DNA from: Eledone cirrhosa
Taxonomy: Eukaryota
NCBI GenBank assembly: GCA_964016885.1
Contig: OZ024741.1
Location: 115,816,001-115,880,000, forward strand
DNA length: 64,000 nucleotides
Direction of reading: 5' to 3'
Part shown: positions 27,955-43,622 of the stretch, piece by piece
Layout: each line of letters opens with the position of its first letter
Position numbering within the stretch: the first letter of the stretch is position 1
The notes under the pieces: model-generated
Told to the model about the DNA's origin: nothing
Databases searched by the model: none
What the model saw: the letters and a program-made list of their open reading frames with translations, nothing else
Program-made: the position numbers and the translations under genes

Positions 27955-27997
<43 letters not shown>

Positions 27998-28012
27998 TTG
28001 GGATATACATAC

Positions 28013-28059
<47 letters not shown>

Positions 28060-28077
28060 TACATATATACATATACA

Positions 28078-29025
28078 ATAAATTAACGGAGACATAGGCC
28101 CTCGCTATTCCCTGTAAATAATGTGCTCAAAGGAGAAGAGATCCTGAGCTCTTTAAAATACCATATGTTGAGAAGGTAACACACCACAGAGAGATATATA
28201 GTGCGTTATCAATAATACAGGGGGAAAAAACCACCAGTGTATGGAGTCTATAACCTATGAAAGGCAGACTATAGACACGATAATTAAAAATATAAATTAA
28301 AGCGTAAATAAATACCTCTATAACTATATAACACACGTACAAATCCAAAGATAAGTTTCACCAAAAATTTGTTGAAAGAAATGGTCTAGTCTCGGTTCAT
28401 CAGCGAGTGTAAGACCATACATTTCAGACAACACTAAGAGAATTTTTAAATTGACTGTCCAGCTACACGTTGGAGAGAGAAGTCACAGCGTGTTTAAGGG
28501 TAGTGAACCAGTGGCCTCTGAGGGACGAAATGCTAGAAAAGTCAGCCCAAAGCCACTCAGAGAAGTGTGCTCAACCAAACAGAGATAGGAAAGACTGTTA
28601 TTAGGAGCGAAATATCACGATAAATTAACGGAGGCATAGGCCCTCGCTATTCCCTGTAAATAATGTGCTCACACGAGAAGAGATCCTGAGCTCTTTAAAA
28701 TACAATATGTTGAGAAGGTAACACACCAGAGAGAGATATATAGTGCGTTATCAATAATACACGGAAAAAACCCACCAGTGTATGGAATCTATAACCTATG
28801 AAAGGCAGACTATAGACACGATAATTAAAAATATAAATTAAAGCGTAAATAAATAACTCTATAACTATATAACACACGTACAAATCCAAAGATATGTTTC
28901 ACCAACAATTTGTTGAAAGAAATGGTCTAGCCTCGGTTCATCAGCGTGTGTAAGGTCATACATTTCAGACAACACTAAGAGAATTTTAAAATTGACTGTC
29001 CAGCTACACGTGGGAGAAAGAAGTC
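28078..29025 (-). mobile_element. Family R2: ~541-bp tandem non-coding HHR-bearing repeat (retrozyme-like), ~1.75 units
   Basis: ATAAATTAACGGAG(A/G)CATAGGCCC starts at 28078 and 28620; one HHR per unit. Confidence 0.85.
28872..28951 (-). ncRNA. Type I HHR (R2); sister copy at 28331-28410
   Basis: ACACACG-CTGATGA-ACCGA...TTGGT-GAAACATATC/TTTG/GATTTGTA^CGTGTGT; 7-bp stem I. Confidence 0.88.
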
Positions 29026-29521
29026 GCTGATTTGAACTGGACCTCTTCCTTATTGAAAATCCAGGACCTGGCTACTGACGTTTACCAATCGATTAATTGG
29101 TGAAATATATTCCTTTAATGGAATATATACGAGGAAGATTAATCAAATTATAAGGTATCTATTTTTGAAGTTCTAGTTAAACTTTGTTTAGTTACCTACC
29201 TAGCTATGTGTGCTTACACACTTTTACAAATTATCCCCTGTGATTGTTTCATATGTTTAATTATATGTCAATCAATTTCTAGTTGATATAAATTGCTCGG
29301 ATCTACTCATTAGAATCTTGGAGCATATTTTACGGGTGATATAGCGCATGTCTATCTGACATGACACCCTTAATTTAATTTGATTTAATTTAATTTAATT
29401 CAATTTATCTTAATTTTGGATATATATGTATATATATATATATATATTGTTATACTTTGGGAGGGTCATGTTGCCAATAAGAAACACACGCACCAGTTGT
29501 TTCACTTCAATTTATTATATA

Positions 29522-30434
29522 CTAGCAGTAAAGCCCGGCGTTGCTCGGGGTCACTCAGTAGCTGTGTTAAAGTTACAATGTTAAGTTTCTTTCTTGGCTT
29601 AAAAACTGTAGTGTCTACTGTGCAGACTTGCATGTGGTGTTTTTGATTAATATTCCCTCAACCAACAATATGCCTTATGAAGTTAAGAAAACATAACGAT
29701 TACTCGAATGTTATAACAAAAGAGGATGCTGGGGATAGAAACTGCACTGGTTATTTATTAACAAAGATCGAAAATGTAAACACTGCAACGCAGAGAAAAA
29801 CATTAGCGTAACCAAATTATCAGTTATGTCTGTCTGCACGCCTATATCACCTCTCTGCACGACTGTCTGTCTGCACGCCTATATCACCTCTCTGCACGAC
29901 TGTCTGTCTGCACGCCTATATCACCTCTCTGCACGACTGTCTGTCTATACGCCTATATCACCTCTCTGTACGACTGTCTGTCTGCACGCGTATATCACCT
30001 CTCTGCACGACTGTCTGTCTGCACGCCTAACGACGAAATATTTGCTTGTTTTATGTAGTCTTTAAATAGACTTGTTTTCAAGTAAAAATATTGTTTTAAA
30101 ATGCTTTTAAATGGAAATGAAGCAAAACGGAAGCTTCGTGTATTGTGTTAATGTCATTTTAAACGCTGAGAAAGCCAGCGTAATTTTTTACGTAAGACGC
30201 TCAATGTAAACAGAACAAAGGGAAATAACTGATAACTTACGCTCAAAAATCGATACATTATATTCGATTTCGTCACATAGGGCGGGTCAATTTGAAATTT
30301 TTTTTTCCGATGTCTTCGCTAGGGCTCAATGTACAAGTAGAGCAATTTCGGTGCAATTCCGCGAGAGATTCTAAGAGGAGATGTGTGCCAAAAATCGATA
30401 GACAGACAGACAACCACAGTTTTATATATAGAGA
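29522..30434 (-). mobile_element. Non-autonomous Helitron
   Basis: On the - strand: 5' TC (TCTCTATATATAAAA), 3' hairpin CCCGAGCAACGCCGGG then CTAG, inserted between A and T. Confidence 0.85.
29828..30027. repeat. 37-bp minisatellite (~5.4 copies) inside the Helitron
   Basis: Unit TGTCTGTCTGCACGCCTATATCACCTCTCTGCACGAC. Confidence 0.93.
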
Positions 30435-30529
30435 TTTATAAATTTATAAATTTATAAATTTACAAATCTACAAATCTATAAATTTCTGGTTGGTTGGTTG
30501 GTTTCACAACCAGATAGTTGTTTATATAT

Positions 30530-30574
30530 AGTCATAGTCCTTTCGTCACACACTCTGTGACCTCTTCAGTGACT
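30530..30574 (-). ncRNA. Type I HHR downstream of the Neptune-like PLE ORF
   Basis: AGTCA-CTGAAGA-G-GTCACA/GAGTG/TGTGAC-GAAAGGACTA^TGACT; one extra G before stem II, very short stem III. Confidence 0.75.
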
Positions 30575-30780
30575 GGGGATTCCTTTCTTTGTTTCTGTGA
30601 CTTTCCTTTCTTCTGTCCTACGCCATTTTGTTTCTGTGTGTGTGTGTTGTGTGCTCAGTTTGCGCATGCGCCACATCCGGGTGTCTGTGTGTGTTTGTGT
30701 TCATTTATCTATTTGTTTATTTATTTACATGTTGTTGGTTGGTTGTTTGTTCTATGTGTGTGTGTGTTTTCATTTTGTCC

Positions 30781-33065
30781 TTATTTGTAAGTTGTGATGT
30801 TGCTGTTCCACTCATATTTTCTATTTAATTTTGGTTGTAATTCTTTTATGCTTACTGCCTCTGTAATTTGCCTAAACATTGCATCTTTTCTGTGTGTGGA
30901 TTCTATTTTTATTTCTATGTTCTCTAATTTACCCTTGTGTTCTATCTTAGCATGTTGGTAGAGTACAGATGATTCTTTATTATCTTGAAGGTCTCGCCAG
31001 TGTTCATTTATCCGTTCCCCTATACTACGAGCTGTCTCACCTATGTACACTATATTTTTGTTTCTACATTGTCCTTCAGTACATCTTATGCTATACACTA
31101 CATTTCTAGTTTTACAGTTAATATGGGGGCTTATTTTACAGGTTATACATTTCTTATCTTTACATGAGGGTCTTTAGAACGGGTATGTCTTGCTAATAAG
31201 TGTTTTTACGGAGGTACTTGGTCTTTCTATTATCTTAATATTGAGTTTATGTTTATTTAGGGCCCTTCTAAATTTGTAGGCTAGTTCGCCTCTAGGGGTT
31301 GTATTGATGAACATTACACTCTGGTATTTATTGCTATCATACCATGAGTTTATTCTATTGGCCTTGTTCCTAGTTCTTTCTATTCTATTCCAAAATTTGC
31401 TCCTGTACAAGGGGCAGGTCCGATTTATGTCATTATTTACCATTTTCTCCCATTTGGTTCTGGCTCCTCTATACACTCTGATTCTATCTCTCTGATTGTA
31501 GCCAGAGAACTGCATACGGTGGATGAAGTGTTGTATGTGTCTCTCTAGTTCTTCGGGGTTGCACATGCGGGACACATTTCTCATCACCCGTACCAAATCC
31601 GCAATCAGTATGTTGATTTTGGTATGGTCCGAAATGGCCGAGTTTCGGTGGATCAGATGTTTGGAAGTCATGGGTTTGGCATAATGGGAATGGAGGATTT
31701 GTTTTTGGTTGTTAATGCTATCTCACCAGAGCTCTGTGTCTAGTACAGGTAATCGATGGTTGGGGTGTCTACTTGGGTAGTCTATAGTAACTCTAATGCT
31801 CTGGTGGATGGAGTTTGCTATTTGCTGGATGCTTTCCATTGTGTTTTTCTCTAGTTCCTGACTGTTCTCTAGTGGGGGTGTCTTAACTACGATGTTTATA
31901 TCATCTACGTAGCGGGAGTACATTATCAGGGTTAAGCTGTCTTCTAATTGTTCTTTAAGTTTAAGTTTAAGTCTACTGTCCCACCATACCATGAATAAGT
32001 TAGCTATGTCGCCTGCAATGCTAACACCAATGGCTGCTCCTTCCTCTTGGGCATATGTTTTTCCATTAAATTTGAACATATGTTCCTTAAGGGTTAATTT
32101 TATGCTGGCCCCTACCGCATGTGCAATCATTTTCTTCATGTCATCGTGGTTTTCGGGTGTCCGTATGGCTCTGGTCCACCCGTTGCATCTATCTGTGTGG
32201 GTTTTCTTGGCCATTGAGGTAATGGTAGGTGGTCTGCCTCTTGCTGGTCTTGTAGGGCACAGGTTGCTAAGGTCATAAGTGTCTAGGTAACTATTACTAT
32301 GGGTAAGCTTAAGTAGAAGTCCCAGCTCACTGGTATCAATCCCACGGAACTCAACATTGCTCTCGCTGATCATTTCTACGCATTTCTCCACAGCAAAATC
32401 CACGTCAATAGATGGATACAGGGACACAACATCCATACTGCCTATTATGCAGTTTGTTAGGTCCCCAGATCGGTTACCCACGCCGATTCTGCTGAGGAGG
32501 TCCTCCGTGCTGTCACATACATCTGGGGATATCTCAATGATGGGGCGTATGATCAGGGAGAGGAAGTAGGACAGTCTGTAGTTACTAGCAATGTTAGCTC
32601 CACAGACTGGCCGAGTTGGTGGTCCCGCGACAGGGTCACAGCCCGTTTTATGGTCTTTTCGAAGCCCATACAACGCCGGCACGTCATTGTTCCATGCCTG
32701 GAAGTTGTTGGCAGTCCTTTTGTTGGGCTGCATTATATTCGTCCACATCACCATATGGGCATTGAGGGCTTTTTCTCTATCCTCATGCTCCTGTGGTGTT
32801 ACCTCTCTTGTGTTAGTGATGTGGGGTTGCATTGCCTGGATGTAGTTTGGCAGGCTGTCAACCGACATTCTGCCAGACTTGTCTGTTGGAAAGCATGCTA
32901 CCTCTCCATTACGTGAGCGCTGCATGAGCTTACGCAAGCCATTTGCAGATTTTTCTTCCAGTTGCTGGGCCTCTATTCTATTATGCTTCTTGCTATACTG
33001 TTCTATAATATTTCTAAGTTCGGATCTAGCTATACTAAATTGTGCTTCTGTTTGTTCATCGACCT
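30781..33065 (-). pseudogene. 5'-truncated PLE (Neptune-like): RT, Cys-rich linker and GIY-YIG in one frame with two premature stops
   Basis: TDKSG, SMDVVSLYPSI, GAAIG, RYVDD, CKDKKCITC..NC, VVYSIRC..YIGETAR..R..EH. TGA at 31723 and TAA at 31174 are both in frame. Confidence 0.9.
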
Positions 33066-33089
33066 GCGATAAACAAATTCAGAAACGAA

Positions 33090-33124
<35 letters not shown>

Positions 33125-33129
33125 TTACA

Positions 33130-34055
33130 GTAATCAAAGTTCAGTTTAAGTCATTTATTTGCTTACAATTGTTTCCTCCAAACCGAGGTTTGGATTCTTC
33201 GGAGCAACTATTTATAACATACTTGACCTCCTTTTCAACCCAAGAGACACATAAAACATATGCGCATATTGATCAACAGTGGGGTGACATTCATCAAATG
33301 ATATAGCATGGCAATTTACATATAAAGGTTACAGGAAAAAAATAAAATAATATAAAAACAAGAGTGAAAATAAGAGTGAAAATAAAGATAAACATGAAGC
33401 GTTGGCAGTCTATGAAGATAAAGCAAGAGGAAAGCTTAGAGTAGTCAGTGTATGAAACAACCTCCCGTGTAGCATGCACGCGTGTCTTATCTATACATGA
33501 TTAGAGTGCGTCAGAATGATATTTGCAGTGATTCAAATACGTGCCTATCATGTGAAGTTATAACTAATATCTAGAGTATGTTACCCATTTATAGGTTAGA
33601 GAGTTGTCCATTAAGAAGTACAAGGGTGTATATATTAGGATGATTACCATCCATTAATTAAGGGGTGTCATATCTGAACGTTCTATAAGAGGAGTCAGAC
33701 TCTCAAGTCACTGCTCCATGCAAATGTAATATAACAGTAGGACCTGGTATGGTCCCACTATTATATATGCCACCCGGTAGGCTCCGGGTCATTGCTTGCC
33801 TGTATCTCCAGTAAATCTTCGGTATGGTCCGGAGATCCAATCTCTCATATAAATGCACTAGTCTGGCCATCAAGCAATAGACAACCCCCGTCTCAAATAT
33901 AAATCAATTGGTGTTAGTACATTGAGCTATTTATCTTACTGGTAATAGGATAGTAATTAATGACTATCTCTCACTATTTAGGGTTTGTGTATATATAATA
34001 TATTACCATCAAAGGTTTTATTGCATACATAACCATAAATAGTACCCTTAATACT
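33130..34055 (-). mobile_element. Family R3: ~0.9-kb non-coding HHR-bearing element
   Basis: Both ends are homologous to 46445-47570 and 48105-49230, while the middles differ. Bounded by microsatellite tracts. Confidence 0.7.
33159..33207 (-). ncRNA. Variant type I HHR with CCGAAGA core (R3)
   Basis: TTGCT-CCGAAGA-ATCCAAAC/CTCG/GTTTGGAG-GAAACAATTGTA^AGCAA. Confidence 0.75.
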
Positions 34056-34097
34056 ATATATATATATATAGTAATAATAATAAAATAAATATTTTAA

Positions 34098-34190
<93 letters not shown>

Positions 34191-34191
<1 letters not shown>

Positions 34192-34331
34192 CGAAGGAAA
34201 TGTGGTAAGGAACCAGGTGGAGCATAACGCACCAAAGTACTCAATACTTAGGGTAGTAGAGTGGGTAATAAGAACAGTACAGAATTAGCCGTCGAAACGG
34301 CTTGAGCTCAGCCGTCGGGGTCTTACTTGTT

Positions 34332-34333
<2 letters not shown>
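34191..34333. repeat. ~145-bp structured element in (TA)n; related copy at 50618-50771
   Basis: Both start ACGAAGGAARTGTGGTAAGGAACC and share TACTCAATA..TAGGGTAGTAGAGTGG and GAAACGGCTTGA..GCCG.CGGGG. Confidence 0.75.
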
Positions 34334-35920
<1,587 letters not shown>

Positions 35921-35931
35921 TATATATATAT

Positions 35932-36048
<117 letters not shown>

Positions 36049-36102
36049 TAAAAAAATAATGAATAAAACAATGAAACAGTTCCTCATATTAAAGCAAAAA
36101 AG

Positions 36103-36254
36103 TTCATTATTTAACGATCGTTTCTAGGACATATATGTGTTAGAATTGGCATGCATATTCAAAGATCTATGTACAAAATTATACAAAATTATACAAACTA
36201 TCAAATAGAATATACATACCAACACATACATATGCCGTCTTCAGAAATAATGAA
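36103..36254 (-). ncRNA. Type I HHR with ~113-nt stem II domain
   Basis: TTCATTATTT-CTGAAGA...GAAACGATCGTT^AAATAATGAA; 10-bp stem I. Confidence 0.82.
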
Positions 36255-36850
36255 GTGTATTTATTGATAATAACAACAATTCAAAATTACAGGTCTGTTT
36301 GGGAACAGATTTTAACTAGACCAATGAAATACATAAAAATACATCAAGAAAATACAGTTAGGTGTGTGTATATATGCAAGTAACTTCGTTCACAGATATG
36401 CATAAAAATGTATGTTCACATGCATACGCATGTCGAAAAAGTGTATGTAAATACAAAAATTCAGGGCTAATGTCTCTGTATGTTTATAATCCACAGACAA
36501 AATACACATATGCATGCATACATATATACACTCATATATACACACATATATACATACATTCATACACATACACGCACATACACATAAACATACACATACC
36601 AACGAACACACACACACACACATACGTATATATTATTATTATAACTATATGGATATTGAGGCGCACACATAAACACGGCCACATACACTTACATCTAGAT
36701 GCAGAACTAAAAATAGGTAAGGGAGTAAGTAAATTACAGAGGGTGTCAGACTCAGCATATTTATAAAAATGTATCTATAAATTTAGAAATAAAAAGAAAT
36801 ATATTAAAAGAAATAAACAAGTAACAGATATACTCATACATATAAATACA

Positions 36851-36906
<56 letters not shown>

Positions 36907-37353
36907 TATACATATATACATATATATATATATACATATATATACATATATACATATATATATATATACATACATATACACATACACACACACATATATA
37001 TACACACATACTCACAACACACATATGTACACACACATACACACATACATACATATACATATATATATACATACATATACATATATACATATATACACAT
37101 ATATATATATATACACACACATATATATATACACACACACATACATAAATATAGAGACATACATACACACATATATACAGATACATATATACATACATAT
37201 AAATATATATACACACATATATATATACACACACATATATATATATATATAAAAAAAATAAATAAATACACACAGTCAGACAATTATGCACATATATACA
37301 CATACATACACACATCTCTACAAATACATATACATACACATACATACATACAC

Positions 37354-37431
<78 letters not shown>

Positions 37432-38515
37432 TCATACACAATTATTTACATGTGCACATACGTATTTTTATACTCACATACAAACATACATACATACTTA
37501 CATACACATACATTCATCCACACTCACAAATACGAATAATTATAGGGGGGGGGGGGTTAAAATTATTAGTGGGAAATAGTAAATATAGGTTTCAAGGAAC
37601 ATAGAATATTAATCTGCATTTAAATCATAATTTGTGTTTACATAGTAGTGTCAGAAAGAAGGCAAAATTATGCATTTTAATATAAGTAGACTATTAATTA
37701 TAGGTTAATTAAAGTAAAAATAGTTAATATATTAATTTCTAAGGTGTATACTACTTAGGTTTATAATATTTAAAGCGGAATTTTGAAGTTAAACAGTAGT
37801 AGAGTATTAATTATAGCATAACTAAATTAAAAATATTAACATGATGGTATCAATTTTAGGAAATGAATTTAGTAATAGGGAAAGCCAAATCAAGTATTTC
37901 ATCGGTAGTAGAATATTAATTATAGGTTAACTAAATTAAAAATTATATATTAATTTCTATAGTATATGTTAATTAGGTTTATAATAATTAAAGCAAATTT
38001 TTTATTTTATCTATTGTAGAATATAATTATAGGTTAACTAAAATTAAAATTAATCTATATATTTATTTGTAAAGAATATATTAATTAGGTATATATTTAA
38101 AAGTTTTTCTCAGTTTATGATTACATGATATTCTGCAATCCATCTGTATTAGAATTTTAATTTTAAGCTAACTAAATTAAAATTATAGGTTAACTAAATT
38201 AAAATTAATTTATAAATTAATTTCTAAATTGTACATTAATTAGGTTTATAATATTAAAAAGTATTTCTCTGTTATTGATTACACAATATTTTGTTATACT
38301 TCATCTGTAAAGGAATTTTAATAAAAGGTTAAATAAACTAAAATTAATCTATAAATTAATTTCCAAAGTATATATTAATTATGTTAATAATATTTAAAAG
38401 TTTTTCACAATTTATGATTACACAATATTATTTAAAATTCATCTGTAGTAGAATTTTAATTATAGGTTAACTACATTTAAATTAAATTATATATTAATTT
38501 CTAAAATATATATTA

Positions 38516-41017
38516 TTAATTAGGTTTATAATATTTAAATGTTTTTCTCAGTTTATGATTACACGATATAATTAATTCCTGTCGCTTATTTAATAGGATA
38601 TCCTTAGATTTCATTATTTCAAATAGTTCTTGGGAACACAATCTACATTCATTTCTATTATTTTGATAAGGGGTGGCTCTTTTGAGCACACTCCAGGTCA
38701 TATCATATTCTATATTCTTATTTCTATAACTATTAATTTTTTCTGCTAGAGATGTTGTATTAGCCAGTGCGGCATTTTTAAAACTATGTTTGTGGGTATT
38801 AAACCTTACCTTAAAATTGTTAGAAGTAGCTCCTATATATGAGCAAATAGAATCTTTAGTTTTAACTTTACATTTATAAACTATGTTGTTAACAAGACAA
38901 TTTCCTTTTAATGGGCAGTTTGCTTTGTTTCTACAGTTACAACCTTTCGTTAATTCTGTATTTGAGGAGATATTATGGTTAGTTTGATGTATTGGTGGTA
39001 TACTTATGGTTTTTTTACACTTATATGCATTATAGGCACTTACATTTTGTTTTATGTTTTTGGTTGTTGAGTATGAGAATTTAACTGTTGATCTATTTAA
39101 GATTTGATGGTATTTGTGGTTTGGCGGGAAGTTTTTCTCTAGGATATAAAAAAATTTTTTAGCAATATTATCCTTAATTTGTAAATTAAATGGAGCATTA
39201 TACCAAGTAACTCGTCTATTACGGTTTCTATGTTGTTTATTGTTTTTATAGGATGCATCGTGGAGGATTAATGTTGTTTATTGTTTTTATAGGATGCTAG
39301 GAGGATTAATGTTAATGACCTCACCACGCACATTTTTAGTTAGATTTATTGATTTAGGTGTTTTATCTTGTTTATTAGGAGTTTTATTATTAACATTTAT
39401 TAGAGTTGTATGATGAGTAGTTTTTTGAGAGTTACTATACTTTATATTAGAGGAGTTAGAGAAAATTGGTTTTATGTTGGTATTTTGGGGTATAGTGTGA
39501 GTGCCATTTAGGTGTGTACTTTTCATTTGGTGTTTGTTGGTAATATTAGGTTGTATGTTTATAGTGTTATTAGTAGAAGGTATATATTCCAATCTATTTT
39601 TGTGGCCACTTCTATCTAGAGCTTCGTTATAGAAGGTCGCATTTTTATCAAATACATCTTGGTTAGACGAAAGGTTAGAAATTCTAAGGGATATATTATA
39701 TGCAAGGTTTTTAAGGATAGATTTAGGGTGATTAGATTGTGAGTGTATGTAGTGTAAGTTTTGATTGGGTTTATGGTAAGGTTGGTAGATACCCGTAGCT
39801 AAGTCTAAAGTTATATCTAGGAAATTAACTACTTTACTTGTGTTTTCAAAAGTAATATGAAGACTATAATAGTCTTTAAGGAAAGTTCTAATAAGCTTTT
39901 TATTTTTTTCTATTTCTGAGAGGCTAAGGTTGTTGGAAAGAAGAAGACAGTCATCACGATATAAACCACCTTTAAGGTGGGGAAAGGAAGCATTTATGTT
40001 AAAAAGAAGAAAGAGGCCCACAAGATCAGTAATTTGGGCAGAATCGCTTGAACCCATAGTAATATCAAATAGATTACTATATGTGTTTCTGGTCCAGTAT
40101 TCATTCTGAAATTCAATAAGTGTTAATCTAGCATGTGTAATAATATTAATGTCATCCAAAGTTAAGTTAGATCTATTTTTAGCAAATATCAAAGCTTTGT
40201 TCAGGAGTATAGGTGATATAGAAGAATAGTAATTATCTATATCAAATTGTAGAAATGAAGCAGAAGATTTACATCTAATATTTTTAAACCAGTTAATTAC
40301 CTGGGAAGTGTTTTCCCAGGGTGGTAAATTAACATGTTTTCTTATTTGTGGGATGACTCTATCCAAAATCTTTTTGCTAATTATTCCAATATCAGATTTG
40401 GAGGGACATATAAGTCTTATAGAAGGATTTGAGTTAAAGTTTGATTTATGATCTTTCAGGTTGAAGTGTGGTTTTTTCAATGCCAAAGGTTCAGTTCTAT
40501 CTTCAATATTTAGTTTATTCACTATGTTGTGTGTTTTGTTGTTGATGTTGGTGAGTGACGCATTATTGGTTTTTTTATAATTTTTCCTGAGTTCTTTATA
40601 TATGAACTCATTACAATTTTCAATATCCATGTGATACAAGTTTCCAGTTTTGTCCGAGTGGACATGGATTTTTTTAGACTTTTTTAGGTCCAATAGGGTA
40701 GAATCAAGGTCCTTTTGAAAGACAGATTTATACTTCTTAAATTTGAGGTGTTTAATTAAATTAAAAAGGTCTTTCTCAAAGTCTTCAAGTAGAGAGTTGT
40801 GTGGTGGATTCTTGTAAGTAGTGAAATCATACATATATTTCCTATCTGCATATTTAGATTTTTTATCGAAGTGGTAGGCCCTCCATCTAACTCTTCTGAT
40901 AAATTGGTTAGTTTTCTGTATCATAAGGAGTAAGAAGTCATCCTTAGAAGGTATTGGTATATTCTTTAAAGAAGTTCCCAAGTATTGTTTTTCCATTGTG
41001 ATATGGATAATGGACAA
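38516..41017 (-). pseudogene. Naiad RT + GIY-YIG, disrupted at ~39287 by a ~42-bp tandem duplication
   Basis: SLKNIP, QFDIDNYY, GLYRDD. After the break: RNRRVTWYNAPF, CNCRNKANCPLKGNC, IVYKC..YIGAT, CRLC..CNH. Confidence 0.9.
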
Positions 41018-42177
41018 GAGAATTAATTATATTGTGTAATCATAAACTGAGAAAAACATTTAAATATTATAAACCTAATTAATAATATATATTTTAGAAA
41101 TTAATATATAATTTAATTTAAATGTAGTTAACCTATAATTAAAATTCTACTACAGATGAATTTTAAATAATATTGTGTAATCATAAATTGTGAAAAACTT
41201 TTAAATATTATTAACATAATTAATATATACTTTGGAAATTAATTTATAGATTTATTTTAGTTTATTTAACCTTTTATTAAAATTCCTTTACAGATGAAAT
41301 ATAACAAAATATCGTGTAATCAATAACAGAGAAATACTTTTTAATATTATAAACCTAATTAATGTACAGTTTAGAAATGAATTTATAAATTAATTTTAAT
41401 TTAGTTAACCTATAATTTTAATTTAGTTAGCTTAAAATTAAAATTCTAATACAGATGGATTGCAGAATATCATGTAATCATAAACTGAGAAAAACTTTTA
41501 AATATATACCTAATTAATATATTCTTTACAAATAAATATATAGATTAATTTTAATTTTAGTTAACCTATAATTATTTTCTACTATAGATAAAATACAAAA
41601 TTTGCTTTAATTATTATAAACCTAATTAACATATACTATAGAAATTAATATATAATTTTTAATTTAGTTAACCTATAATTAATATTCTACTACCGATGAA
41701 ATACTTGATTTGGCTTTCCCTATTACTAAATTCATTTCCTAAAATTGATACCATCATGTTAATATTTTTAATTTAGTTATGCTATAATTAATACTCTACT
41801 ACTGTTTAACTTCAAAATTCCGCTTTAAATATTATAAACCTAAGTAGTATACACCTTAGAAATTAATATATTAACTATTTTTACTTTAATTAACCTATAA
41901 TTAATAGTCTACATATATTAAAATGCATAATTTTGCCTTCTTTCTGACACTACTATGTAAACACATATTATGATTTAAATGCAGATTAATATTCTATGTT
42001 CCTTGAAACCTATATTTACTATTTCCCACTAATAATTTTAATCCCCCCCCCCTATAATTATTCGTATTTGTGAGTGTGGATGTATGTATGTGTATGTAAG
42101 TATGTATGTATGTATGTTTGTGTGTTTGTATGTGAGTATAAAAATACATATGTGCACATGTAAATAAGTGTGTATGA

Positions 42178-42268
<91 letters not shown>

Positions 42269-42362
42269 TGTCTATGTATGTATGTGTATGTATATGTATT
42301 TGTAGAGATGTGTGTATGTATGTGTATATATGTGCATAATTATCTGGCTGTGTGTATTTATT

Positions 42363-42438
<76 letters not shown>

Positions 42439-42845
42439 ATATATGTGTGTATATATATTTATATGTATGTATATATGTATATGTATATATGTGTGTGTGT
42501 ATATATGTGTGTATATATATTTATATGTATGTATATATGTATATGTATATATGTGTGTATGTATGTCTCTATATTTATGTATGTCTGAGTTGTGTATGAG
42601 TGTGTGCTTGTGTGTATATCTACATGGGTATGTGTGTGTATGTATATATACGTATATGTATGTGTGTGTCTGTATATATATGTGTGTGTATATATATATA
42701 TGTGTGTATATATGTATATATGTATATGTATGTATATATATATGTATATGTATGTATGTGTGTATGTGTGTGTACATATATGTGTATATATGTGTGTTGT
42801 GAGTATGTGTGTATATATATGTGTGTGTGTATGTGTATATGTATG

Positions 42846-42878
<33 letters not shown>

Positions 42879-42934
42879 ATGTATGTATATATATATGTAT
42901 GTATATATATATGTATGTATATATATCATATATG

Positions 42935-42965
<31 letters not shown>

Positions 42966-42979
42966 GTATATATATATAT

Positions 42980-43585
42980 GTCAGGTCACCAGTTGGTGCT
43001 ACTGGTAACATGTATCCCAGTACAACCTGTCTCATGGTCGGGTCGTTGGCGACTAAACTGGCAACCCCACCAAGGTTTCTTGGTGAGGAGGGTGACTTTG
43101 GACATCCTGCAGGACTAAAAACAAGACCTGTCAAAGGGCAAAGGAGCTCTTAAGAGTCAATGGCCATCCAAAATCACCGGGAGAGATGACCCCTTAGCCT
43201 TTGTCAAGGCAGAATTCTAGGAGAAGGAAAACTCTGATGTAACACCTGCAACTCTGATGGTATCCAATGATGTTGACTTGTTCTTCTTTTTGGTAAATAT
43301 CATCTTGGTTAAGAGAGTGGGACTGGCTTTGTGCAGTGCCTTTGCTCACTATAAAAGCTTCACGGCACAGGCATTGCTTTATATCTGGAAATCTCTCTGC
43401 ACTTGTCGTCACAGGGTAACATGGGCCCAGCACTATGTGTCAATATTTGTCACAAGTGTAGTGTTTGTACCAGAGTTTTCAAGTCGCTGGCTGGACTAAA
43501 AGGTCACACTCGTTCAGCGCATCGGTAGGGGTTCTCCTATATGGATATAAAGTAGTGGCCGTACTCGAAAACGAGTTGGCAGCCA

Positions 43586-43588
<3 letters not shown>
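42980..43588 (+). mobile_element. ~610-bp insertion in a (TA)n tract, probably an internally deleted RTE-group LINE, ending in a C2H2 finger
   Basis: Absent from the left inverted arm. 43457-43528 encodes CSVCTRVFKSLAGLKGHTRSAHR*, followed by a CTCG-AAAA-CGAG hairpin and (TA)n. Confidence 0.6.

Positions 43589-43622
<34 letters not shown>

Noticed and set aside
31723-31725. In-frame TGA as selenocysteine (known in some Naiad PLEs)
   Set aside because: The element is not Naiad-type, the position is not a Cys site, the same frame also has a TAA, and I found no SECIS. A nonsense mutation is more likely.
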